From contig CAWFQB010000001.1 of assembly GCA_963817895.1 (NCBI GenBank), positions 608,001 through 672,000 on the forward strand: a stretch of DNA of 64,000 bases, written 5' to 3'. This DNA is from an uncultured Chthonomonadaceae bacterium. GTDB taxonomy: Bacteria > Armatimonadota > Chthonomonadetes > Chthonomonadales > Chthonomonadaceae. The notes under the pieces are model-generated. The model did no database searches. It saw nothing but the letters and a program-made list of their open reading frames with translations, and had not been told where the DNA came from. This document shows, piece after piece, positions 30,843-41,452 of this stretch. Each line of letters opens with the position of its first letter. Position 1 is the stretch's first letter. A program made the translations under genes and the position numbers.

Positions 30843-31361
30843 TTATTCAAATACGGACAAATCCAGATCAAGGTTGGCTTCGGTGGCATTGCCGGAACGA
30901 ATCGCCTGCTTCAGCGCGGTCGCGCGCTTACCCGCTATTTCGGCAAGGCGCAGGCACTCTTCCGCGCTGACAACGCGCTCCGCGTACTCGTGTTCTTTGT
31001 CGCGCGAACGGGGAGTTCCGCCATAGCCAAACGCGGCCCGCGCCGATTTGTCCTGCGCCGCCGCCGTCCACTGGTTCTTGATACGGTTCGTGCTGCCAAT
31101 CAGTTTGACCGCATATTCCAGCGGCATGGTTTCGCCCTGTACCACAACCGTTACGGCTAGATTATACGCTGACTGCGCCGTTTGCAGTTTGGCGATTTTC
31201 TCCTGCGCTGTTTGGTACGCAAGGAGGAGATTACGCGGGTCGGGCTTGTCGGCGTCTGCGGCAAAGCGATACAGCGCGTCCGTGAACTGCTCGTCGGCCA
31301 GTCGCGCCGTTTCTTTCAGTTCTTCCAGCCGATCCATAATCTGATATCCGGTAATAATCAC
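30843..31361 (-). CDS. Coiled-coil protein, DIP1984/DUF6847-like
   Basis: GGGAGG RBS + GTG; DPRNLL...IAKLQTAQSAYN...GETMPLEYAV pattern. Confidence 0.55.
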   Translation of the reverse strand: MIITGYQIMDRLEELKETARLADEQFTDALYRFAADADKPDPRNLLLAYQTAQEKIAKLQTAQSAYNLAVTVVVQGETMPLEYAVKLIGSTNRIKNQWTAAAQDKSARAAFGYGGTPRSRDKEHEYAERVVSAEECLRLAEIAGKRATALKQAIRSGNATEANLDLDLSVFE

Positions 31362-31607
31362 AATAGGCCTCCCTGCCCGGCCTTCTGTCGCGCATAAACA
31401 CACTGTCTATTCGACACTCGCTGACGGATTCCTGCCGAAATACTATTCAAAACATCGCGAATATTTCGGGCAAACCGTTCCGGTTCGCTTGCAGACAAAC
31501 TGCTGAATTGGAACATCCCACCTGTGCTATAATAGCAATACAACCCAATATCGGCGACAGCGTACAAATAGCGCGTTTGTGGCCGATGCAGCGCAGGGAG
31601 AGACACC

Positions 31608-31883
31608 ATGACCACGACTTCTAAAAAGAGAATATCGCCGCAGATTCCCAGTGAAGAGAAGCAGGCGAAACTGCGCCGTATTGCGCGCGGAAGTCAACGC
31701 GCGATTAGGTATTCCCGAGAAGCCAACCATGACTATTGAGGAATTACATGCCAGCATGCTGGCACACGGCATCAAGCCCGAAGATAACATTCTTTCGCGG
31801 GAGTTGCTGCGTATGCGCTATGGCGATGATTACGATCAAGATGAGTACATGCGCAACTTGACGAGCAGAATAAGAAAGAGTAG
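31608..31883 (+). CDS. Putative antitoxin (VapB-like), frameshifted
   Basis: Small gene directly upstream of a PIN toxin; EDNILSRELLRMR. Confidence 0.6.
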
Positions 31884-31886
31884 ATC

Positions 31887-32392
31887 ATGCCTGCGTTGCT
31901 ATGGGATTCCAGCGCCCTTCAAAACAGTACGCGCCTGAAACAGGAACCGCAACTGTTAAGGCGCTGCTAAATACCACACCTACTTTGGATATGGCGCTGG
32001 CTTACATTGTGTATGCGGAAACTGCTGCCATTCTGCGCCGGAAGACGGAACAACGGGCAAATGAGTTCACAAGAAGATTTCACAGCGTATGCGCGGCGTA
32101 TCTTGAAGCAGATATTCTGAACAGCAATCGCTTTACGTTGTTATCCACATTGGACGAGGACGTACTGGCGGTCATTGTGCTGTCGGACGCGCACAACATC
32201 AACTCTACGGATGCGGCCATGCTTGCCGCTTATCTGCGTTACGCCGAGTTTGTGTCGGAAGACGAGCCGGTTTGCGTACTTGTCGCTGCTGATAATCGGC
32301 TGATCCGCGCCGCCGAAGCGGAAGGCTTGAAAACGCTCAATCCCGAAACGCTTGCCCCGGATGATCTTCCCGCGTTTCTTGCCTCTTTGTGA
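31887..32392 (+). CDS. PIN-domain toxin (VapC-like), frameshift near 5' end
   Basis: MPALLWDSSAL(fs)KQYAPETG; DAAML; LVAADNRLIRAAEAEGL..NPE. Confidence 0.85.
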
Positions 32393-32417
32393 TAGAACCA
32401 TGTGTCGTACTTTGAGA

Positions 32418-33610
32418 TTACCGCGCTCCGGCGGCTAGCAAAATGGCGGCAATGCGGGGGCGCGTGGTTTTGCCTTTGGTGGCGTAACCTAAGACGCTTC
32501 GACCCCGCTTTGTGACCGCGTTGACATCGGCTCCCTGCGCAATGAGCAGGCGCATCATGGCGATTGCGCCCTGCTGCGTGGCGATCATCAGCGCGGTTTT
32601 GCCCAGTTTGTCCGCTGCGTTGACGTTCGCGCCCCGCTTCAGCAGCAGTTCGATAATGGGCTTATGCTTGTGGTTCACGGCACACAGCAGCGCCGTCATG
32701 CCCTGCGCGTCGGCGGCGTTAATGTTCGCGCCCCGGTCGAGCAGCAGTTCCACATTCGCCGCTTTGTTCCCTGCCGCCGCGCAACTGAGCGGCGAAAAGT
32801 AGTCGCTCCAAAACGGCGAACCGGAGGCATTGACATCGGCTCCCGCGTCCAGCAGCAGGTTCAGCAGGGCCCTATCCCGGCTCATTGCCGCGCCCATGAG
32901 AGGCGTGATTCCGTACTCCGCCGCCTCATTCACGTCCACGCCCGCATCCAGAAACATGCGGGCGACTTCCAGATGTCCCGATTTTTGCTCCCCATCGGTA
33001 CACGCCACAAACAAACCTGTGCGGTTGCGGCTGTCGCGATACCGCGCGTCAATGCCGTTTTCCAGCAGCAGCCGCGCAATTTCTACGTTGCCGAACGCTA
33101 CGGTCTGCATTAGAGGGCGTCGCTCCACAGGGAACCGCGCTCTTCCTCCCCGCTTTTTGCCAGCAGCAGGCGAATCAAGACGATGTTTTCGCGCTGCACG
33201 GCCCATTTCGGCAGCCGCGCGTCCATTTGTCCGTTCCACAACACGCTTGCGCCCCGTTCCAGCAATAACTGCGCCACTTCCGTTTGATTGGAAATAACCG
33301 CGTCTACAAGGGGCGTCAGCGTATAATTGGTACGGGCATTAATGTCCGCGCCGCAATCCAGCAAATGCCGAACAATGCCGAGATGCCCTTTTTGAGCGGC
33401 GAGGTGCAGCGCGGTTGATCCCATCTGATCGCGGGCGTCTATGGACACATACGCATGGATGAGCAGCGCCACTTTGTCTTCATCCCCCTCATAAGCCGCG
33501 TCGTGCAGGGGCGTTGCGCTTTCGTTTTCCATTTCCAGCGCGCCCACCCTGCATCTGCCAATCGTCAACACTCCCGCCGGCAGTGGGGTGTCTTCATATT
33601 CCGTCGTCAT
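32418..33610 (-). CDS. Ankyrin-repeat protein (frameshifted)
   Basis: Repeated TPLH/TALH..A..G...LL..GADVN across ORFs 33110-33694 and 32418-33239. Confidence 0.9.
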
Positions 33611-33806
33611 TGCGCCTGCTCCAGAAGAGATACGAGATATAAGATATTGGAGAAATCCAGATGCTGAACACCTAACAACCTGACAACCTAACAACTAACA
33701 ACCTCATTTACCGCAGGAGTTTTCGGCCTGTGCTATAATGAGAGGAACAAACAATTGCTTTCGCGCCCATTCCGACACTACGTTCCTACCTGAAAATGAG
33801 ATACGC

Positions 33807-35611
33807 ATGAATCAAGACCATATCCGAAATTTTTGTATCATCGCCCACGTGGATCACGGCAAATCCACGCTTGCCGACCGCATGCTGGAAACCACCAATG
33901 CCATCGCCAAGCGCGACATGCAGGCGCAGCTTGCTGGACACGATGGATCTGGAGCGCGAACGCGGCATTACCATTAAAATGACCGCCATTCGCCTGCATT
34001 ATATCGCCAAAGACGGGCAGGAGTACGAGTTCAACCTCATTGATACGCCCGGCCACGTAGACTTTACCTACGAAGTGTCGCGCTCGCCTGGCCGCCTGTG
34101 AGGGCGCGCTGCTGGTCGTGGACGCAGCGCAGGGCGTGGAAGCGCAAACCCTCGCCAACGTCAATCTCGCGTACCAGAGCAATCTGGCGCTGATTCCGGT
34201 CATCAACAAAATTGATCTGCCTGCCGCCGACCCGGAGCGCGTTCGCGAAGAGATCGAAAACGTCCTGGCGCTGGATGCGTCCGATGCGGTGCTGGCAAGC
34301 GCCAAAGCGGGCATCGGCATCGTGGACATTCTGGAGCAGGTTGTCGAGCAAAATCCCGCCGCCTTCGGGCGACCCGGACGCGCCCCTCCGCGCCCTGATC
34401 TTCGACAGCAAGTTCGACCAGTATCTCGGCGTGGTCTCGTTATGTGCGCGTGGTGGACGGCGCATATCAAGTCCGGGCAGAAAATCCGGTTCATGGCGAC
34501 GGGCAAAGAGTTTGAAGTCATCGAAGTCGGCACGTTCGCGCCCGGAACGCCGCGTCGGGCAGATGATCGGCACGGGCGAAGTCGGCTATGTGGCGGCCAG
34601 CATCAAAACCATTGGCGACGCGAACGTGGGCGACACGATTACGGACGCGGCCCGCCCCGCAAAGGAATTGCTTGGCAGCATACCGCAAGGCCAAGCCGAT
34701 GGTGTTTTGCGGCCTGTATCCGATTGACGGCGCGGACTATCCCGAACTGCGCGAAGCCCTGTCCAAATTGCAGATTGAACGACGCCGCCCTGTGTTTCGA
34801 GGCGGAAACGTCAGCGGCGCTGGGCTTCGGCTTTCGCTGCGGCTTTCTCGGCCTGCTGCACATGGACGTGATTCAGGAGCGATTGGAGCGCGAGTTCGAT
34901 TTGTCGCTGATTGCCACCTGCCCCTCCGTTATTTACAAGGTGCATCGCACGGACGGCAAAATCATGGATGTGGACAACCCCGCTTTCATGCCCAACCCGA
35001 CTCTGATTGATTTTACCGAAGAGCCGTTTGTGGACGCAACCGTGATTTTGCCGAAAGATTATGTCGGCACGATCATGGAATTGTGCCGGGATCGCCGGGG
35101 CGAGTTCGTCAGCATGGAATATCCCAGCCCGGAGCGCGTGATGCTGCGCTACAAAATCCCGCTTTCGGAAATCCTGATGGACTTTTTCGACCAGCTCAAA
35201 TCGCGCACTAAAGGCTACGCCAGTTTCGATTACGAACTCAGCGGCTATCGCGACAGCAAACTGGTCAAGATTGATATTCAGATGAACGGCGACCCCGTAG
35301 ACGCGCTTTCGTTCATCACGCACCGCGACAAGGCGTATGAGCGGGCGAAACTGATCGTGGAAAAACTCAAGGAGGTGGTTCCGCGCCAGCAGTACGAGGT
35401 GCGCATTCAGGCGGCGATTGGCGGCAAGATCATCAGCGCGGAAACGGTCAAGGCGTTCCGCAAGAACGTGATTGCCAAGTGCTACGGCGGCGACATCACC
35501 CGCAAGCGCAAACTGCTGGAAAAGCAAAAAGAAGGCAAGAAGCGCATGAAGTCGGTCGGCAGCATCGAAATCCCGCAGGAAGCCTTCCTGTCCGTCCTCA
35601 AACTCGGTTAG
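33807..35611 (+). CDS. lepA: Elongation factor 4 (several indels)
   Basis: [73 protein letters not shown]. Confidence 0.97.
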
Positions 35612-35665
35612 GGAATTTGGGAACCGCGAAAGGCGCGAAAGGACGCGAAAAGGAGAAATTGAAAG

Positions 35666-35902
35666 ATGCAGCCAGCATTACACTTGAGAACAACTATTCA
35701 ACCGGGCGGAAAAATCGAAATTGCGGATAAGCAACTGCCTTCGGGCGCGAATGTAGACGTGATCGTTCTCCTTCCGCCTGCGCCGTCTCAGGCGCGTCGT
35801 TCCGCTGTGGATATTCTGGCAGAAGCGCCCGGCCAGCGCATTTTCAAAACGGCGGCGGAAGTAGATGCCATACAGGAGGAGCGCGACAGTTGGGATCGCT
35901 GA
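35666..35902 (+). CDS. Small antitoxin-like protein (cognate toxin apparently missing)
   Basis: IQPGGKIEI...VDVIVL...FKTAAEVD..EERDSWD. Confidence 0.55.
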   Translation: MQPALHLRTTIQPGGKIEIADKQLPSGANVDVIVLLPPAPSQARRSAVDILAEAPGQRIFKTAAEVDAIQEERDSWDR

Positions 35903-35963
35903 CCTTGCGAAATTCTTGCCGCATCATAGGTTGCAAAACACATGAAAAGGCAGAGGAAATATC

Positions 35964-36248
35964 ATGACCATTACGCTGGAACCGGAATTGGAACAAAAAA
36001 TTGAGGCTGTTGCAAAAAGCACAGGGCAGGATGTGAACGGCTTTGTCAGTTTCCTGCTCAGGCGTGGACTGGAAGAACAAGAGTCCGCAGCCACAGACAA
36101 GCAGGCGCATGAGGAAAGATTACGGCGTGAGTTTGAAGAAGCAATGTCTGACCCAATGTTCGTGCAGGATATGGAAGAAACGATGGAAGCGTACAAGCAT
36201 ATAGATGCAGAAACGGCGCGAATGTTGGACGAAGAGGAAGCGGCATGA
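35964..36248 (+). CDS. Antitoxin (RHH-like)
   Basis: MTITLEPELEQKIEAVAK; ATGA overlap with the toxin. Confidence 0.75.
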   Translation: MTITLEPELEQKIEAVAKSTGQDVNGFVSFLLRRGLEEQESAATDKQAHEERLRREFEEAMSDPMFVQDMEETMEAYKHIDAETARMLDEEEAA

Positions 36249-36601
36249 TTAACGCGCCTTATCAGTGGCAAATGGTTCGGGCAGACTTTGACCCGGTACG
36301 CGGTTCTGAACAAGCAGGAACACGGCCTGCCCTGATCGTGTCTCGTGAAGCCATCAACACTTCACTGACGGTTGTAGCCGTTGTGTCGGTAACAACATGG
36401 CGTCCGGGGCGGAGTATACGCTCTACAGAGGTACTGTTGCCTGCCGGACTTGCCGGGCAACCCAACACTTCTGTTGTTATGGCGCAGCAAGTTCGTGTTA
36501 TCGCCAAAGAACGCCTGCTCACGTCCTACGGCTATCTCAACGACGAAGCCCTGCGTGAACAGATACGCGTGGCTCTGAAAACGTACCTTGACCTACTCTG
36601 A
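36245..36601 (+). CDS. MazF/PemK family endoribonuclease toxin
   Basis: FDPVRGSEQAGTRPALIVS, QVRVIAKERL. Confidence 0.93.
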   Translation: MINAPYQWQMVRADFDPVRGSEQAGTRPALIVSREAINTSLTVVAVVSVTTWRPGRSIRSTEVLLPAGLAGQPNTSVVMAQQVRVIAKERLLTSYGYLNDEALREQIRVALKTYLDLL

Positions 36602-36745
36602 ACAGCCTGCAACGTTACGACCTAGCGCCACACTGTAAATTTAGAGCATTGGCAGCAACAAGGAAATTTTATTGCGGCTTGCTAGCTCTATGAGTTGTCT
36701 CGTAGCGACTTCAAAGGTTGGCCGTTACGCGCCAATAGCACACTA

Positions 36746-38746
36746 TCATAGATACTGATAGACGTTCCAACCGGTCAATTGCTGCCCCCAAGTATTGATC
36801 AGCATTTTTTGACCCTTGTACTCAACGTACTGACCGTCAACGATGGTCGCGAACTCCAGTGGCTGTTTCTTGACGTAGACACGTTCGCCAACATGGACTT
36901 TCCCGTTCGTAATAAAATCTGAAAGCCGCTGTTTGCCGGGCATTGCATCCTGTGTGGCGTTGCTTCGAGCATGAAGCAATACCATATTATCTGCCTGCTC
37001 AGTCGTATAAGTTTCAATTAACGCGAACATGCGCTCTGAGCGTTCCTGCAAAAAGCGGTTGAAATCAAAATCCCAATCAGCGCTTGTCAGCAGGTCTGCG
37101 GGGATCAAATGCGTACTGAGGCATTGCGCCAAACAATTGTTCGTTTGTTCAAGTTCACTCAGGTAGGCGTGAGGGGCTTTTTTGCTGATTGAAATGTTGG
37201 TCAATTTGGGAATCAGAGTGCGGTTTGCAACGCAATCTACCAGTTGCTCGGCTCTATCGGAATCAATGTCGGCGAAGTTTGCGGCATTCGCGGTGACATA
37301 AGCGCGTGGGTAGATATGGTGATCCTCCAGTCTCATGCTCATGTCCAATTTTTGCGTATTTTTCCAGTCCATCAGCCCTTGTGAGGCAAAGTTTACCATG
37401 TTGAGAATGCCACGATAAACGGAACTTGCCTTACGATTGTAACTGAGTAAATCGTCTGGTTCTGCAATCAGGGAGCGCATCTTCCCAAAATAGCCCAAAA
37501 TGCTAATGCGTTCTCCACGCGCAACTTGACGCAATACGCCGCAATCCGTAATGATGGTTTCGTTTGAGGATGTGCTGTAACGATTGGAGAAGACGGAACT
37601 CCAGTACCAAAACTGAAGAAACTCGCGCTGTGGTTGTGTCATTTGCGCGAAACTCTTCACCTCACGCAGAAACACCATCATGGGAATAATCATATTCTCC
37701 GAAGGCATCCAATCCTGTGAGAGAATGTAGTGTTGTGCGGCAAGGTAGTTCAAGCTATCCACGTAGAGTTTGCAAACAACATCCCAATACGTTTGGAAGT
37801 CGCTGGCGTCCAAATTCGTCAGGATTGCAGACCTGTCAATTTTTGCAGGCGTATTTTTCTCCTGCGCGACAATGTAGGCCAATGCTCGCACAACAATCTC
37901 GCGATTGAGAATGATGTTCTGGTACTGGCTTTCAAACGCATCCATTTTTTGGCGCAAGTTGAAACCATGATACAGTTTTGCGGCCAGAATGTCCGTAAAG
38001 TTGAGGGTGATGCCTTTGCTGTTGCTGCGCTCAAAGAACAGGCAGAACTTGTCCAAACTCATGTCTAGAAGATAGTACGCGACAAGCGACTGCTTATTCA
38101 ACAACAATCGCGCTTTGTGCATTGCCTGCTGGTAAATACGGGAGGCGGTTTGCAATCCCTGCGCATCTCCTTGCAGGCTTTGCGCATAGGCGGAACGGCT
38201 GAAACACTCATCAATCTGATGAGAAATCCAACTTTTTTCCTCTGCTTCGCAAGCATCTGAAAGCTTGACACTTACGTTGGTTTTACTGTCTGTGCCGCCT
38301 ATGCTTTCGAGAATTGTTTCTAAATCAGAAGGCATTGAATTGGGGTCAAGTCCGGGTTTGAGGATAATATAAACATTGTCCAGACCTTTGCAGGCGCGAT
38401 ATATGGACGTTGTACGCTGCTGTCCATCCAGAACAATACGTAAACCTTGTGTCTGCGCCGCTGCTTTGATTTCAGATTCGGTATAGTCCTGAGTTTTTAG
38501 TTTGGCATTTGAACCCATGCCTTTGCGAGGGCGCATATCCAGTTCGCGCAGGGTCATTCCGAATGATGGTTTACCATAGATAACCGTGCCGATGAAAATC
38601 TCGCGTATCAGGGAGTCGAACAAGTCATAAGTTTTCTCGACCTCCCATCGAAAGTCACGCTGAAACTCCGGCAACATTAGCGTCTTCTTCTCAACGCTTT
38701 TAACAATGTCAAGCAAGGATTCGGTTTGGCTCTGGTTGATGTTCAT
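36746..38746 (-). CDS. GmrSD-like nuclease (DUF262 + HNH/DUF1524-like + C-terminal RAMA-like domain)
   Basis: LPEFQRDFRW, LDGQQR, FERSNSKG, EDHHIYP...ANRTLI...N. Confidence 0.85.
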   Translation of the reverse strand: MNINQSQTESLLDIVKSVEKKTLMLPEFQRDFRWEVEKTYDLFDSLIREIFIGTVIYGKPSFGMTLRELDMRPRKGMGSNAKLKTQDYTESEIKAAAQTQGLRIVLDGQQRTTSIYRACKGLDNVYIILKPGLDPNSMPSDLETILESIGGTDSKTNVSVKLSDACEAEEKSWISHQIDECFSRSAYAQSLQGDAQGLQTASRIYQQAMHKARLLLNKQSLVAYYLLDMSLDKFCLFFERSNSKGITLNFTDILAAKLYHGFNLRQKMDAFESQYQNIILNREIVVRALAYIVAQEKNTPAKIDRSAILTNLDASDFQTYWDVVCKLYVDSLNYLAAQHYILSQDWMPSENMIIPMMVFLREVKSFAQMTQPQREFLQFWYWSSVFSNRYSTSSNETIITDCGVLRQVARGERISILGYFGKMRSLIAEPDDLLSYNRKASSVYRGILNMVNFASQGLMDWKNTQKLDMSMRLEDHHIYPRAYVTANAANFADIDSDRAEQLVDCVANRTLIPKLTNISISKKAPHAYLSELEQTNNCLAQCLSTHLIPADLLTSADWDFDFNRFLQERSERMFALIETYTTEQADNMVLLHARSNATQDAMPGKQRLSDFITNGKVHVGERVYVKKQPLEFATIVDGQYVEYKGQKMLINTWGQQLTGWNVYQYL

Positions 38747-38971
38747 TATCTACTCGCTTCAGAAGTGGATGTAGCGGTTGCCGGCGCAGGCATAACAGAA
38801 AGATCACAAGGCTACCGTATTTATACTAATGACTGTCCGCCAGATGTGGAATGTCTTGCCCGTTATTATCTACCTGTTTTCAAGCGCGGTAATACTATTC
38901 ACCACAACGACAGCACATCCCTGCGTATAATTCGCTTGTGAGTGGTACTGCAAGAACATTTATGCTATGTG

Positions 38972-39585
38972 CTACGGCATGTTGCGCCAGGTGAGGGTTT
39001 TGCTGTTGAAGGCGAGAGGAGCCATTGCCGGATGTTCCACCTGTTTCCAGCCTGCGCCGAGGATGTTGTCGTAGGCGATCCGCATCTGCCGGGCGGCGAC
39101 GGCAGGGGGCATCGCGCCGACGCCCGTACACAGGCCGGGAACCGCGAGGCTGCGGATGGGTTGTTGGGGAGTGTGCGGCGTTGTGCCGCAAAACGGCGAC
39201 TAGACGCCGCCCGCATTGCCAGATAAGCGTTCAGGCTGTCGGGTAACGGGTTGCGGGACGCGCATCGTCGGGGCGGCAACCACAAACGGGATACGGCTGT
39301 CCGGCATGGGAACCACAAGCGCCATGCCGACCGGCAGTTCGCCCAAAAACTGTTCGCGAATGGCCTGCGTGATCGCGTTCCTGCGCCGCGCCCCGGAAAA
39401 AATCGTCAATGCGCTTGTCCACGCCGCCGCTCATGTCGCCGAAACTGTTGGCGGGCGACACGACCGCATCCTCGCCCGCGTCCATCAAATCGCCCTGCAC
39501 AATTTCAACCGCGTCCACGCCGAAAAACTGATCCAGCCACGCATCCGTCATTTCCGCGGTTGGTGTCGCACAGCGTCAGCCGCAA
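38972..39585 (-). CDS. Macro domain (ADP-ribose processing) protein, multiple frameshifts
   Basis: IVQGDL, VVSPANSFGDMSGGVD, AAPTMRVP, PGLCTGVG. Confidence 0.8.
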
Positions 39586-39668
39586 CGCCGCGTCCTTCAC
39601 CCCTTTGCCGAACCCCTGTACCACGTTCATGCGCCTGCGCCTCATCCATCGCGTTAGGGAAACCATGT

Positions 39669-41452
39669 TTACGGCCCCTGCTTGTAAACCCGCACGTAGT
39701 CGACGTACATATCGGCCAGGCCGTCGTAGCGGGACAGATCTACGGGCCAGCCGCCGCCCGTCGCCAGATTGATCATGAAGAACAGCGGCTTCTCTTTGCA
39801 CAGCGGAAGCGTTTCGTGACGGCCCACTTCGATGTTGTCGCAGTAGTAGATCGTGTCGGTCGCGGTGATCTTGCAGCCGTAGGTGTGGAACGTTTCGAAC
39901 CAGGTGGAGGGGATGCCGAATTTGCGCATGTGGGCCGGGTTGCGCATGGCCTCGAACGCTTTGGTTTCGAGCGCTTTGCCCGCCTCGCCCTGATTCCAGC
40001 CGTGGGGCGTAATCATGTAGGTGTCGTCGGCGTTGGGTTCGCGCGGGCCTTCGCCGCCATACGCTTCGATGATGTCCAGTTCATCGACCGGCGTTTTGTC
40101 GCCCAGAGCTTTGTAGTCCGTCATGTAATCGGTCATCAGCCAGAAGGCGGGCCAGGTTCCAATGGCGTTGGGGCCGAGCAGACCGGCACTCGAAGTAGCA
40201 GGGCAGTGCCACCTTGATGCCGCTGCCGTCGTTTTTCAGGGAGGAGATCAGGCCCGCGCTGTGGGTCTTTTCGCTGGCGCGGATACGCAGGTAGTTATCG
40301 ACCTGCGTAAAGGGATTGTTGGGCGAATCGTGTCCGGTAAAGGTCAGCGTACTGAAGTCCTGACTGCCGTTGGGCGGCTTGTGGTCGTAATACGTGGCCT
40401 TTGGGTCGGTCGCTGGAGATGGAGAGCGGGCGCTTGAAATCATCGGCAAAGACCAGCGCCATGCCCTTCGCGGCGGGGGGCGCGGATTTGGGCATTCCCT
40501 CGTTCCAGGAAACGCCGCCTTTGTTGTACAACTGGAGGTAGCAGTTATCGCGCAGGGAGCCGTTGACGCCGGAAATGCGTACCGTGACGGGGCCATGCGG
40601 GTACGCATCTGCGGGAAAGACGAACGAGCCGCCGCCTTTCGCGTCCAGCGCGACAGTTGCGACGGTGGAATCGGAGCCGAAACCACTCCCCTGTTTCCAG
40701 CATTTCACGGTCACGCTTTTGTAGCCCGCAGCGGCAAGCGTGACGCGGGTATCCCCCTTTATACTGGAACAATACGCGGGCGAACTGACGGCAATCTGCC
40801 CGCCCAAAGTCTCGTCCGCGCTTTTGCCGGAATCGGCGCGAATGGCGTCAAAGGCGAGATCGCTTTCGATGGGCAGTTTCGTTTTGTCGTTGGGCTGATA
40901 CACGATCAGCGTGATCCCGGTGATGGGATAGTCTATTTTGCCGTTTTTATCCCCGCCCCATGTTTCATGCGGCGCGTCCAGATCGAACACCGTTTCTTTC
41001 CAGCCCGTGAAATCAATGCTTCCGGCTTTGTACTGGTGGGTTTCGCCATACGCATCCGTTAATTGAATCCCATGCGTACAGCCGGACTTATCTCCCCGCA
41101 GCATGACGCGCAGTTTATGGATCGGCGCATTGATTTTCACTTTGTTGGGGATGCCGAGGTATTGGAACTCGCCCTTGCCGGTGAAGTGGTAATGCAGTTT
41201 CAGGCAATGCTTGCCCTCAAAGGGGTTGTCGGACGAGAGGGCGACCGAGGCGTTCTCGTTGGGAATGTTGACCACCCATACCGTAGGGGCTGCCATCTCC
41301 TTTTCAAAATCCTGCACCATCACGGGCGTTGCTTGCCGCGCCGCAAATCCGCAAAGCGGCAACAGCGATAGCAACAGCAGCAGGGGCGCGCCGGGGAATG
41401 GTTTAAGAGAGGGTATTTTCAGCATAATAGTTTTCATGATAATAGTTTTCAT
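39669..41452 (-). CDS. Secreted carbohydrate-binding module + GH16 glycoside hydrolase (frameshifted)
   Basis: Signal peptide; IDFTGWK CBM; YFECR, WPAFW, catalytic ELDIIE, NLATGGGWP. Confidence 0.8.

Noticed and set aside
33807..35611. lepA as a pseudogene or programmed-frameshift gene
   Set aside because: Indels occur throughout the window in unrelated genes with otherwise intact motifs; sequencing error is the simplest explanation.
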